Part shown: in pieces, positions 9,968 through 21,600 of the stretch
Position numbering within the stretch: the first letter of the stretch is position 1
How the letters are laid out: each line of letters opens with the position of its first letter
Assembly (NCBI RefSeq): GCF_004010195.1
Contig: NC_057746.1
Location: 24,535,241-24,599,240, forward strand
Direction of reading: 5' to 3'
From: Chiloscyllium plagiosum
Lineage: Eukaryota
DNA: 64,000 nucleotides
Made by a program: the position numbers and the translations under genes
Notes under the pieces: model-generated
Databases searched by the model: none
Seen by the model: the letters and a program-made list of their open reading frames with translations, nothing else
What the model was told of the DNA's origin: nothing

Positions 9968-10409
9968 ACTGTCAGGTACCCTGCTGAACAGCTCCCACGT
10001 GCTACTTCGTTGACCCTAAATTTGAAGCGAGAGTGCTGAAGTGGTCTAATGGAATAAACTTCTTCATGGCAGCAGCTGAGAGGGTTGGGTTGGTTCGGGA
10101 AGAAGGCTCCCCTCTAGTTTTTGTTGGGGTGGATGGTGTGTATTGGCTTTGCACAAAAGGTTCACATCCCGAGAATGGACTTAGCATTGTAGAGTCATAG
10201 GACATCAAAATAATTCTTATGGTTTGGCTGTGGCTTCAATGTTGTGTCCAGGGTTCAACACTTTAGGAAAGATGACAAATGCACAGAGAGAAGACAGACA
10301 GGGTTAAGTAGGATGGCATGATAGGCTTTGGTAGAAACTAAAGAAATTGTGGCTATACTCCTAAGCCGAGCAGGTCTAAGATTCATTCTAAATGATGAGT
10401 TACACAATA

Positions 10410-10645
10410 AGATGTGAAGGTGCCAGTGTTGGGCTGGGTTGGGCACAGTTAAAAAATCACACAACGTCAGGTTATAGTCCAACAGATTTATTTGAAAGTA
10501 TAAGCTTTCTGAGTGCTGCTGCTTTGTCAGATAGCCAGTCAGAGGTAGCTGTCACTAAATACCTGATGTAGGAGCTGTGCTCTGAAAGCTTGTACTTCCA
10601 AATAAACCTGTTGGACTATAACCAGATGTTGTGTGATTTTTAAAT
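10410..10645. mobile_element. Fold-back insertion of a second Penelope-type family with TSD
   Basis: Arms aaaaatcacacaac..ggttatagtccaacag.tttattt / aaataaacctgttggactataacc..gttgtgtgattttt, and a 10-bp direct repeat ttacacaata at 10400-10409 and 10646-10655. Confidence 0.85.
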
Positions 10646-11849
10646 TTACACAATATGTTGCATTTTAGACCTTCATCCTTCTGCCTTTGTGAATAGTGAG
10701 AGATAGTAGCAGTGTTTGCTAGCTGGTTAATAATTTGATAGCCTTTAAACCAGCCCGAAGGTGGAGAGTCTTGTATAGGATGGAAGGGTTATGTAGACAC
10801 TCACATAACCCGTGCAAAAAGAAAGAGGGAAGTATAGGGTGGGGTAAGTATATAGCAGACACCCACAACCCCCAGATGCCATTAACCAGTTTCATATAAA
10901 TTGAGAGTAGGTGTTCCTTCTTTGATAGGCAGAAAGTCAAAGCTATATCCGCTGCTCTGAGTTGTTATCTAAAGATTAAAAATGCTCATTACAGAAATGA
11001 GGGGGCGAGGTTATTTAGAATCAACACAGAAGTAGGCATTAATGCCAAACATGCTCATCTCTTTTTCATTTCAATATCTGTTTGGTCCTTTCTCATACAC
11101 TGTTCACTCTGATGTACTTGTCTAACTTTGTTATGAGCACCTTCTATACTACACACCTCAACAATTCTCTACATGGTTGAGAGTTTTGTTTTCTGATCAC
11201 TCTCTGACTAAAGAAGCTTCACCTGAATACGTCTTTGGACATATTTACCACTCTCCTATTGACTGCTAGATTTGAATAAAATTATTCAAAGCCACACCTC
11301 TGGCTTCTATTTTCTAAAGTACTCTGGCTGATTCAGCCTTTCCCTTTTCTGTATAAGGGCTTGGTGCTGGTTGCATCCTGCTGTTGGTGATTCGTGGCAA
11401 TCTACCACATTACGACAATCTGCCTTTTTAGCATAATTTTCCATCAGCAGAATATGTCTACATCTAGTTCTCTGTTTAAAATCTTTATGGAAACCAAAGA
11501 TTTGAATAATGGAGAAGAGTAGATAGATGCTACTGAGAATTGGTACAGGTGGCAGTATGGAAGGGTTTTATAGGCTCAATATCCCATGCGAAGAGGAGGA
11601 GGAAAGGGTAGTGTAGAGGCTGCATGGCCTCCTGCGCTGTCTGGTTGTATTTGAGTGCTTCGGGGACTGTCCTCTCTCATGAATAATTGGATGTAAATTG
11701 TTAGAATTCTGTGTGCACTGTACTTGTTTCAGACATATATTGGGAGGGTTGCCAGGTACAAAGCTCCAGGCCAGCCCTCCCCATTCCTCAAGCAATATTT
11801 ATTTTTTTAAAAAGTGCATTTCCGTAATATTTAAAAATGCTTTACAGCT

Positions 11850-12190
11850 GGCCTTTGAAACGTAGTTGCTAAGGAGGAAGCTCGGCAGTCAATTTATGCA
11901 CAGCATCTCCGGCTAACAGTAAGATGACAATGAGCAGGTAATTTTTTTTTTGCAGTATTAACGGAGGGTGAAATATTGCCTGGGACACTGGGACTGTCTC
12001 CCTTGTTCTTCTTTGAAATAATGCCGTGGAGTCATTTGCATCCATTTGAGTAGATGAATGGGGCGAAGGCACCTTCAGAAGTTCAGCAGTGCACGCTCAG
12101 TGCTGCATGGTCAGCTTTGCTTTTGTTTTTGTCACGGGAATTGATCCTGAGCCTTCAGACTCAAAGAGTCAAGAGGGCTACTGACTCAGC
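11850..12190 (-). mobile_element. Deu-domain SINE (SacSINE1-like), old
   Basis: Reverse complement of the 7870 and 57780 copies (ggcagtcaatttatgcacagca..tcttctttgaaataatgccgtggag), with a tRNA-like head near 12140-12190. Confidence 0.6.
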
Positions 12191-12429
12191 TACAGCTGTC
12201 CCAGTCTCACTGAGACGAATTGACCTGGCCATTATTACCAACATGTCAACAGGGTGGAGAGGGAATCTCCAGCATACGGCGCATTGCAATTACCAGAAAA
12301 GACTTAGAGCAAATGTTAATGATCAGATTGTTGTTTATGAAATATCTGTGTGTCATTAATGTATTACAACAACGACTGCACTTCCTGTGATTGTATTATG
12401 CCTTGGGATGTCCCTCAGTATTTCTTGAG

Positions 12430-12980
12430 TACAGATACAGTGTCCTCAACTACTTGTCATATGACAAGCCCTCCATTCCCAGGATCATTCTTGTAAATGA
12501 GATGAATCCTAACATTGTGTTTGCTTTCCCAACTGTTTGCATGTTAACTTTAAGAGAATCCTGAAGGAGCATAACTTTTGTGCTTCAGACTTCCAAAGCC
12601 TTTCCTCATTTAGAAAATAGTCTGCGCCTCTTCTTCCTACCAAAGTGCATAACCTCTCACTTGCCCAGATTGTATTACATCTGCCACTTCTTTGCCCATT
12701 CTCAACCTGTCCAAGTCCTTCTCCAGCCACCCCACCTCCTTAACACTACCTACACCTCCAGCTGTCGTCTGCAAACTGAGCAATAATGCCCTCAGTTCCT
12801 TCATCCAAATCATTCATGTATAATATGAATAGTTGTGGTCCCAACACTGACCTCTGTCTTCTGCCAGTCAGCCAATCCTCTATCCATGCCAGTACCGCGC
12901 CTTTAACACCTTGGGCTCTTATCTTACTACACAGGCAGCACCTTGTCAGTGGCTTTCTGCAAATCCCAATAGATCAATTT
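12430..12980 (-). mobile_element. CR1 LINE RT fragments
   Basis: Minus-strand homology to CR1 RT (..FADD.., LGEWAKKWQM-like segment at 12680-12775), with several deletions. Confidence 0.7.
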
Positions 12981-12982
12981 GT

Positions 12983-13305
12983 GGGCGGCACGGTGGCACA
13001 GTGGTTAGCACTGCTGCCTCACAGCGTCAGAGACCCGGGTTCAATTCCTGCCTCAGGCGACTGACTGTGTGGAGTTTGCATGTTCTCCCCGTGTCTGCGT
13101 GGGTTTCCTCCGGGTGCTCCGGTTTCCTCCCACCATCCAAAGATGTGCAGGGTCAGGTGAATTGGCCATACTAAATTGCCTGTAGTGTTAGGTAAGGGGT
13201 AAATGTAGGGGTATGGGTGGGTTTCGCTTCGGCGGGTCGGTGTGGACTTGTTGGGCCGAAGGGCCTGTTTCCACACTGTAATCTAATCTAATCTAAAATC
13301 TAATC
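12983..13305 (+). mobile_element. V-SINE (HE1-type tRNA-derived SINE), full length
   Basis: tRNA head with A box (tggcacagtggtt) and B box (ggttcaattcc), central V domain tgtgtggagtttgca.gttctccccgtgtctgcgtgggtttcctccgggtgctccggtttcctccca, CR1-like tail gggccgaagggcctgtttccacactgt, and an (aatct)n end. Confidence 0.93.
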
Positions 13306-13520
13306 ATGTCCACTGGCTCTCCTTTGCTCCTTACCTCCTCAAAGAAGTGTTTCCCAACAGGGCGGGGGACAGGGTATTTGACTCCAGAGGGTGACGTTTA
13401 TTACTTGGTGCCAGGTGGTTAGTTCCTAACTATGTGGCAGGTTAAGTCTTCGGTAATGTGTGCATCCCTGCTATCTTTAACTTGGCTTGTTTCTGCCTCC
13501 CCCTCCCATCATCCCAATCC

Positions 13521-13540
13521 CTGACCCACCGCCACCACAG
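13521..13540 (+). other. Branch point and splice acceptor of the ZBTB coding exon (exon starts 13541)
   Basis: ctgac at 13521, C-rich tract, cacag|G at 13540/13541, 24 nt upstream of the ATG (cccATGG). Confidence 0.7.
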
Positions 13541-13564
13541 GGACTGTGGAGAAGACGCGGCCCC

Positions 13565-15136
13565 ATGGAGCCCGGGATGTTTCAGGTGGAGTTCCCGAAC
13601 TTTGGCAACAACCTTCTGAGGAAGCTGAACCAGCAGCGGGTGGAGGGCAAGCTCTGCGACATCACCATCCACCTGCAGGGCCAGATGTTCAAGGCCCACC
13701 GGGCGGTGCTGGCCGCCTCCTCCCCTTACTTCCACGACCAGGTGCTGCTGAAGAACGCCAGCCGCATCGTGCTGCCGGGGGTGATGAGCCCCAAGGCCTT
13801 TGAGAACGTGCTGGCCTCCTCCTACACGGGCAAGCTGACTGTCCTGTCGCCCGACATCGTCAGCTACCTGACGGTGGCCAGCTTCCTGCAGATGTGGCAT
13901 GTGGTGGACAAGTGCACAGAGCTGCTGCGGGAGTGCCAACCCCCGGCGCCGCCCGCCCCTAGCCAGAACCAGTCGCCCAGCAGCAGCAACTACCTCAGCC
14001 CCTGGCACGGTCCCGAGCTGCCCGCCAAGTTCGAGAGGCCCGAGGACGACGGCGTCAAGGTGGAGGGCCACTGTCACCCTCACCACCGCCAACACGGGCA
14101 GCAGCAGCAGCAACATGAGGAGGAGGAAGAGGAGGAGGAGGATGGGGCGGCGGGGGGAGGGGACGACGATGATGAGGAGGTAGACGAGGATGAGGACGAC
14201 GATGGGCAGAAAGGCCGGACCTCGCCGCGCCAGGACACCGAGCAGGACAACGTCATCAGCAACTCGGCCGAGCGGGAGAAGTTCGGAGCAGAGGGCCGGG
14301 AGAGTGAGGCCGGGGCAGTGAGCGACGGCGGCGCTGACTGCCCTTACCCGCTGCAGCCCTACAGCCAGCCCAGCATGGTGCCACACAAGCGCTGGGTCTT
14401 GGTGAAGAGTGGCAAGGCGGAGGGTGGCGCGTCTCCAGGCGGCGCGGGGGACGAGGACGAGGAGCGGCACTTTGTGCTGGTGCCACCCATGGGAAAGAGG
14501 GAGCCGGAGGACCCCGGGGTGCACGAGCCGCCTGCCCACTTTGGTGAGCACCTGGGGCCCGAGGAGTATGACGAGTTTGCCGAGGACCCCAGCTACGACG
14601 AGCCGGTCGACTACTACGGAGCATCGGACGACTTCCACTTTGAGCAGCCGGCAGGGGGCAGCCCTGGGGGTATGGCCATGCAGGGCTCTGGGCTGCCTGG
14701 CGAGATCCAGGAGAACGGTGCCTACGGCGTGCTGGGCGATCCGGGCCCCAGTTCCGGGCAGGCCGGGGCGTCAGCCAGCTCAGACTTCCCCGGCGGCTCC
14801 GTCTACAAGCTCTACCCTTGCCAGTGCGGCAAGAGCTTCGCCCACAAGAGCCAGCGGGACCGCCACATGAGCATGCACCTCAACGTGAGGCCTTTCGGCT
14901 GCCCCATCTGCAACAAGAAGTTCAAGATGAAGCACCACCTGATGGGCCACATGAAGATCCACACCGGCCACAAGCCGTACGAGTGCCACTACTGTGGCAA
15001 GAAGTTCATGTGGCGAGACAGCTTCACGCGCCATCGTAATGCCTGTGCCAAACTCTACCACGCTGCCACCTCCGTCCCCATCCCCCTCCCTGACCTCGAC
15101 GTGCCCTCCGACCTCAGTGTGCCCTCCGACCTCTGA
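13565..15136 (+). CDS. ZBTB43: Zinc finger and BTB domain-containing protein, ZBTB43-like (ZBTB43/ZBTB22 subfamily), 523 aa, single coding exon
   Basis: N-terminal BTB (MEPGMFQVEFPNF..KLNQQR..LCDITI..FKAHRAVLAASSPYF..YTGKL..ASFLQMWHVVDKC), acidic linker, then three fingers: KLYPCQCGKSFAHKSQRDRHMSMH (atypical CxC), CPICNKKFKMKHHLMGHMKIH, TGHKPY linker, CHYC..FMWRDSFTRHRNAC. Very high GC3. Real start is the ATG at 13565, not the TTG at 13487. The subfamily is secure but the symbol is not: ZBTB22 orthology is a serious alternative. Confidence 0.93.
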   Translation: MEPGMFQVEFPNFGNNLLRKLNQQRVEGKLCDITIHLQGQMFKAHRAVLAASSPYFHDQVLLKNASRIVLPGVMSPKAFENVLASSYTGKLTVLSPDIVSYLTVASFLQMWHVVDKCTELLRECQPPAPPAPSQNQSPSSSNYLSPWHGPELPAKFERPEDDGVKVEGHCHPHHRQHGQQQQQHEEEEEEEEDGAAGGGDDDDEEVDEDEDDDGQKGRTSPRQDTEQDNVISNSAEREKFGAEGRESEAGAVSDGGADCPYPLQPYSQPSMVPHKRWVLVKSGKAEGGASPGGAGDEDEERHFVLVPPMGKREPEDPGVHEPPAHFGEHLGPEEYDEFAEDPSYDEPVDYYGASDDFHFEQPAGGSPGGMAMQGSGLPGEIQENGAYGVLGDPGPSSGQAGASASSDFPGGSVYKLYPCQCGKSFAHKSQRDRHMSMHLNVRPFGCPICNKKFKMKHHLMGHMKIHTGHKPYECHYCGKKFMWRDSFTRHRNACAKLYHAATSVPIPLPDLDVPSDLSVPSDL

Positions 15137-15491
15137 CCCAGCTCCTTCCGCTACCCCCACTCTCCGCCCACCAGCTGCCACTCCTCCAACCGATCGGCAG
15201 AGACTCTGGACGAGGGGTGAGATGGGTGTGGGGTGTGTGGAAGGGGAGGAGACCGGAGGTCGGGGGAGGGGAGAACTACGAGTTGGTACGATGGAACCAA
15301 AGTCGTTGTTAGGTGGGGGTATAGGGTGGGCGTGGCAAGGACTGATAAACACAATCTGGAGCCTGCTGCCAAGTTGTGCTCAACTGGACATTTCAAACAT
15401 GACTGACTTCCAGCTGAGTTGACCCAGCTTTAAACCCACTTACCTTTGAATCAGGGCATGCTGACGATTTTTACAAGAAATAAGTATTTAA

Positions 15492-15506
15492 GTATATATA
15501 TAAAAC

Positions 15507-15537
<31 letters not shown>

Positions 15538-15570
15538 TTAGATATATGTATATTTGTGTGTGTGTGTGTA
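15492..15570. repeat. (TA)n and (TG)n microsatellites in the 3' UTR
   Basis: tatatata runs at about 15492-15550, followed by tgtgtgtg. Confidence 0.9.
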
Positions 15571-16249
15571 AATTGTGTTGCTGCACATGGAAGTATTTTT
15601 TACGGCCACCTCTGCTTTTTAATATTTATGGCAATTAAACCTGGGCAGGGTTGGAGAAGCTCCTGGGCACAGCTCCGATTCTGGGAGAAAGGAGCACCTC
15701 CGAATCCAGTTAGACACGTGTTGACCATGTCTTGCATGCTGTAAGGTTGTGGAGTCAAATCCCCTCCAGAGTGCCTGAGCAGAAACATCGAGGTTGGTTT
15801 AACCAGTGCCAGTGCGGAGACATTAAACTGAGACAGGGTGCTCAAGATGGTCTGTCAGATTGGAGGCAGACTATCCTTTGCTTTCGGTCTTTCAAAGTAA
15901 AAGCTGGTGTGGAGTGGTGGGGGGTGGTGTGAGACTACAGAGGTAATCATGGGGGCAGGGGCAAGATTCCCTCCTCAGCCATTCTCACTAGATATGGATG
16001 ATCTGGTCATCATCGCTTTGCTATTGGTTGGAGCTTGCTGTTATGCAAACTGACTACACTTCCCTCCATCACAACAGTGTCTGCACATCAAGAAGTACAA
16101 CAGTTGCTGTAAAAAGGACTTTTTAGGGCCTGTGTTTCACCTTTTCAGAAATGTCACCATTTTTTCTCCCGCTTTTAATTTTGTTGTGTTCTTTGCTATT
16201 TTTGTTTTTTTTTTAAAGAAAGTGTGGAATTTCAACTGCTGTCCCTGTG

Positions 16250-16255
16250 AATAAA
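16250..16255 (+). terminator. Polyadenylation signal of the ZBTB gene
   Basis: AATAAA preceded by a long U-rich tract (16160-16215) and followed by GU-rich tttggtgactgactgggtttgg. Gives a 3' UTR of about 1.1 kb. Confidence 0.7.
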
Positions 16256-16604
16256 GAAAGTTTGGTGACTGACTGGGTTTGGAGTTAATTGCGCTCATTC
16301 GGCTGTGACCTGGAGTGACCGCACAGCCAAGACGAGGAGCTGGTGGGCCTCCTGGTAATGTCACTGCCCTAGTGATCCACGGGTCCAAATCACTACAGGG
16401 GCAGTTGGAGGAGTTTAAATTCACTGCATAAACAGCTGAATTTGAAAGCTGAGTAGCAGGACTGAAGCTATCATTGATTGTTTAAAACCCAACCAGTCCA
16501 CCTTTAGGTCATTTATGTGGTTTGGTCACATGAACTCACTGAAATGTGGTTCGCTGTTAAATGCCCTCTCAAGCCAGTCAGTTCTCAGAGTCTGGGAATT
16601 CTGC

Positions 16605-16885
16605 ACAGGGTAACTCACCTCCTGACTTCTCAAAATCTAGAAGGACAAGGGCAGGAGATGCCTGGGAGCACCACCAACTGCAAGTTCCCTTCTGAGCCAT
16701 CCTGACTTGGAAACATATCACCATCCCTTCATTGTCACTGGGTCAAAATCCTGGAACTCTGTCTCTAACAGCATTGTGGGTCTACCTACACCCCATGGAC
16801 TACAAGAAGGCAGTTCATAACCATCTCCAGGGGTATAAGGGATGGATGCTGGCCTTACCAATAATGTAACATCCTACGAAAAAGC
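16605..16885 (+). mobile_element. LINE 3' end (second CR1-group family)
   Basis: aactcacctcctgact..caccaccaactgcaagttccc..cctgacttggaa..tcactgggtcaaaatcctggaact..gggatgg. The same tail occurs at 18200-18450, 32520-32800 and 39400-39650. Confidence 0.65.
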
Positions 16886-17934
16886 AATTGAACAATATCT
16901 CATGAGGAAAGATTGGAGAGAGAGCTGCCCTCTGCCTCACTTAGTTAAAGAAATTTCCTCTTAGGAATGATCGAGGTGCTGAGCTGGACTTGCGAAGATG
17001 TCAAGAGCATTCACTCAAATGATGCAGTGTAGCTTTGGCTGTACTGCCCATCGTGCCTGTGCCAGCTCATTTGAGGCGCCATCTTTGTCCCACTCCCATG
17101 ATGTTTCTCAGTGGCCCCACCAATGTCTCCTTTAAGTACTCAACAGTATTTCCACCACTTTTTCCCGTAGCTCCCTCCTGATTATAGCCAACGACATGAA
17201 AATAACCGTCCTCATTTTTCTTCTGGTTCTTTACTCATCACCTTTTATAACTGACCTCCCTGCTTGTCTGCCAGTGCAAAGTTGAGGGAAGACCGCTGCT
17301 AACTCTTCCCTTGACCTTCTGTGGTCCAAGGAGAGCAATAAAGGGAGGGAATCAACCAGGAGCTTCCTGATTCCTGCCTCCTGCTGGCTGGAGGTACAAT
17401 TGAGGGTTGCTTCAAATTCACTTATCATTTAGTGGTTTGTCACCAGGTTTTTAAAAACTACCATAAACTAAGCAGATGGGCTCAGTGTTATTGGCTAGCA
17501 GAGAGACCAAACAGCCAGCCACAGCACTGGTCCGATCTACAAGTCACTTATATATTATTGCCTGTTAATGCTGTCAGAGCAGAGCAGTAGGTATAGACTG
17601 AAGAAGGTTGTCCTATGTGGATAGTGCAGGTGACTGGATCATTCAGACTGCTCTGTTCACCTGATGTCAGCACAGGGTGCAGCTCCAGTGTAGAATGTCA
17701 GCTTTTTCAGGGCAGAAATGTAAATGTGAAATAGAGAGAGTGGGAAAGAACAGTTCCACAAAGTTGTCCGTTCCTAAAGTCTGCAGCGAGGTCAGTGTAT
17801 GCCCTAATCAGCTTTTCGAAATGAGGCTACTCCAATGCATTTGCACATCCAGGTCGGTGCCTTGCCATCCTGTTAGCTGCTCCAAGGCAGGTCACACACT
17901 TTTGTGAAGGAAGAGCATAGCTACAGGAGCAGAT

Positions 17935-18450
17935 CCGAGGCTATTACTCATTGTCTGTCTGCCTAATTGACAAGGCACAGGTCAGGAATACAATGGAATG
18001 ATCTTCACTTGCCTGGATGGGTGTAGCGTCAAGAAACCCGAAGCTCAACACTATACAAGGCGAAATTTCATTGGCACCTCATCCACAAATGTAAATATTC
18101 GCACCATCCAACATATACTATCTGCAGCAAATGGGCAAACTTCTTTCAGCTGCACTTTCCAAACTCGTAGCCTCTCCTACACAGACAGCAAGAATGGCAG
18201 AAATGGTGGAAACAACTAGTTCCTTTCCAAATTTCACATTATCCTGATTTGGAATTATATTGCCGTTCTCTTACAGTCACTGGATCAAAACCTTAGAATT
18301 CCTCAAAACTGGATTTCCCTCCCTAACAACACAGAACATATGTATATACACCAGATGGACTCCAGTGGTTCAAAAAGGTGCTTCACCACCAGTTTCTTGA
18401 AGTCATTTGGGGATGGGCAATACATTATGGCATTGCCAGCAGTGATATTT
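17935..18450 (+). mobile_element. LINE 3' fragment (same family as 16605 and 38985)
   Basis: acaaggcacaggtcaggaat..atggaat..cacttgcctggatgggtg.agc, homologous to 39150-39650. Confidence 0.6.
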
Positions 18451-18523
18451 CCTTACACCTGTTGTCTCTGGTTTTCTAGCTTGTGTGTGTCATTAAATGA
18501 AGGGATGAACTGTAAACAGCCAG

Positions 18524-18686
18524 AGTTAAGATCAGAGTGGTGCTGGAAAAGCATAGCGGGTCAGGCAGCATCCAAGGATCAGGAAAATCAATGTTTCAGG
18601 CAAAAGCCCTTCCTGACCTGTGCTTTTGCAGCACCACTCTAATCTTGACTCTAATCTCCAGCATTTGCAGTACCCACTTTCGCATG
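18524..18686. mobile_element. Short fold-back Penelope-derived insertion with TSD
   Basis: Arms gagttaagatcagagtggtgctggaaaagca / tgcttttgcagcaccactctaatcttgactc, flanked by gtaaacagccag (18512) and gtaaacatccag (18687). Confidence 0.8.
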
Positions 18687-21600
18687 GTAAACATCCAGGA
18701 CAAAGGAGTCATTTTTCTACATTAGAAAACGTGTGCATCTGTGGCCACAATGCAGTCTGATAGTTTCAGTCATCATAAGACCTAATTGAATGTGAACAGT
18801 TATTGTTAGATAGACTACAAAAATGTCAGCTGGGGTTCTCACTTTGAATAAGTGACACTGCAGAACACGTCTTCTGTTGGGTGACTTTTTTTAACAGTTA
18901 TCTCTCTCCTGCAATGTCTGTTGCTCCTCGCTGTTAAACCCATCCAATCAAAGATTACACAAAGGGAACAGCACTTAAAAGCACATTTTCCTGAGAAATC
19001 CCGTCTTTATGCCTGCCTCAGGACCAAGGGTTTTGTACCACTCAACCCCACCTTCCCCCTCCGCCCTGACCGTGACGTCCCTGTGAATACAAACAGGAAG
19101 ATGACAGGACTGAGCCCTTCCATGAGCTCTTCCAATTCTTTCCTCTTGCACTTCACTAGTAGCTGTGCCTTCAGTATTTGACCTAAGCTCTAGAATCCCT
19201 GGTTAGACCTCTCTGCGTCTGTATCCCTTTTTTTTAAGACTGCATACTTTAAAAAACTGCATCTTCAATCAATATCTCCTTAACGTGGCTCAATGTAAAT
19301 TTTTGTTTCGTTCACTCCTGTGGTGTGCCATGCAATTCTTAACATGGCAACCCAATGAGCAAGCGATGTGTTTTTATACAAAATCTTACAAGGTGGATGT
19401 TTGGTCCCTGTACTGGCTCTTTGAAAGTGTTGTTTAACCCACTCCAGTCCCTGCTGTTTCCCCTTAGCCCTGCATATTTCACCCATCAACTTTTGACAGT
19501 TGTTACTGAACATGTTGTCAACATCCTTTCGGATGTTTATTCCAGATCATAGCTACTTATTGCTTAGCAAAAGAAAAGGCTCATCTCTCCCTCTGCTTCC
19601 ACCATTCTCCCAAACCCCCTCACCCCATCTAAACCCCTACCTCGTCTTTTGTCCCGCTGTACGCTGTGTCATCTGATTATCAATCTTGTCAGCAATGGAA
19701 ATATTATTTACCCCATCAAAAATCTTTATTAGAGTTTGGGCTTGGAAAATCAACCCTAATCTTCATCTGTCACACTCCTGTCTTTCCCATCGGTTGCTTT
19801 GGCACTTCTTCTTGTCCTGTTTGTCATACTTCTCTTTAAAAACAAATGGGTAAAATACACAGCTGGTCTGTTATGTGTATCTGTAGGTGTATTCTATTTC
19901 TGTATTCTTGCCTGCTTCCATGCACATCAAGCCAAATATGCAAACTGAGATGCATTCTTTCTCATGGGCTATTTTGGTGACTGGGTGTTATAAATAGCAA
20001 GCAGCTTTGAGTAAAATCACCTGCATCTTATTCTGAATGTTATGTCGTCCCCGTTGGACAGAGCATTTGCTTAGTTGTCCAAATATCTCCAATCTGGTCT
20101 GTGTCACTATTTGCCAGATTGTGAAGCTCCTGTGAAGTTCTTTGGCACATTTAAAATTGTCTATTATACAGAGGCAAGTTGTTTTCTCTAAACCTAGGAT
20201 AACACCACTTCAAATAAGTTGCAGAGTAATAAATACAGGAATTCATTGTTGCCTCAAAACGTGAGATCACTCTATTGTGAGCGACCTACGAAGAAATGTA
20301 TAAAGCAGGTAATGCTTGGACTGTTCAATGGGCAAACAACACCGCTGACATTTACAAAACACGTTGCTGGAATGTGGGGTATTCATAGTCAAAGCCAGCA
20401 TATACTACCTTTGGTTTTGGGAAGCTGGTCCTGCAGTCTCTATGGTGAATACATCCCATGGTGCTTTTAGACAAGACCAGAATGGCAATGACAAATGGTG
20501 TAGAGGAAAACTTGTAACCAATGTGGTACCATTGAACCCACAGTCAAGTCCTTCTAGGTGGTGGAAATTATGGGATCGGGAAGTGCTGTTGATTTGAGTA
20601 AGACATGGCAAGTTGCTGCACTGAATAGGACAGGTGACACACATTGTTTTTGTGTGTTGGGACTTGGAGGGATTGAATGCTTATGTGACAGCTGGGGTGG
20701 TACCAGTCAAATAGCCTGCTTTGACCTGAATCATGTCCAGTATTTTTGGAGTGTTGTTGGAGCTGCATTCTGCGAAAGTGGAGAATGTTTCATCACATCC
20801 CCAAATTATAGATGGTGGGCGGCTGGATAGAGTCTCACCATAGAGTTCCCAGAGTTTCATAATGGCTCACAGCTTCACTTTTGCAGTCTGCCACAATAAA
20901 ATGGCATCAATTTGCTCCAGAATATGCTAAATAAAGTCACCTCATGAGCAAAGCAGGACCACAAAGTCGTCCTTCTCAACCCAATCTCATTTTAGCACTG
21001 ATAAAGCAAGGAGTGGAGGATGTTGGGTATTTCATTGATTCTGTCCACAATGGACTTGCACAAATTCACAGGTTTTGGCGTGCGGTGGGTGGGGGGTGGG
21101 GTGGGGAGGGGGGAGGGCGGCTACAATGTTAAAACTAAACCTAAAAACAACAATTAATGAGCTGAAAGAGCTCTAATGAGGGTGGGTGTGCAACAGTTAT
21201 AACAAAGTGATATAGAGAATATGATGTGATGAAAGGTGCATTATTAGTTTTGGAATTTGGGTTGCAAATTTGAGACAGATGGGTGCTGGTTATTTCTGTG
21301 TGGAGTTTTTTTTTAAAAAGGAGTCCTTCTGTTACAGCATTTTGTCAGAGAGCAGATGACAGGAGATTTGTGTGGTGTTGATGGAAACATGTTCGTACTG
21401 TTATATTCACAATGGGTTGGATAAACGTAAGATCATCATTTGGAAGATTCTAGGATGAGAAAACTTCTCTTTAATGAATTTTGGAAGATAGCTATTCTGA
21501 GCTTCGTTTGAAACTGTGGAAGTTCAGGTCATTAGATTTGTGAAAAAGCTTATGACAGCAGCGTGGGAAAGGGCTCTTCAAATTAGCTCATTGGCAAATA

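Noticed and set aside
12983-13055. tRNA gene calls at SINE heads (also 27085, 31932, 38480, 60110)
   Set aside because: The A/B boxes belong to tRNA-derived V-SINEs followed by the V domain and LINE tail. They are not free-standing tRNAs.
13487-13564. N-terminal extension MFLPPPPIIPIPDPPPPQ.. of the 549-aa ORF
   Set aside because: It begins at TTG and runs through the polypyrimidine tract and splice acceptor. Family similarity starts at the ATG at 13565.
13442-15422. Long antisense and alternative-frame ORFs (398, 190, 153, 142 aa) overlapping the ZBTB CDS
   Set aside because: Shadow ORFs expected from very high GC3. No recognisable domains.
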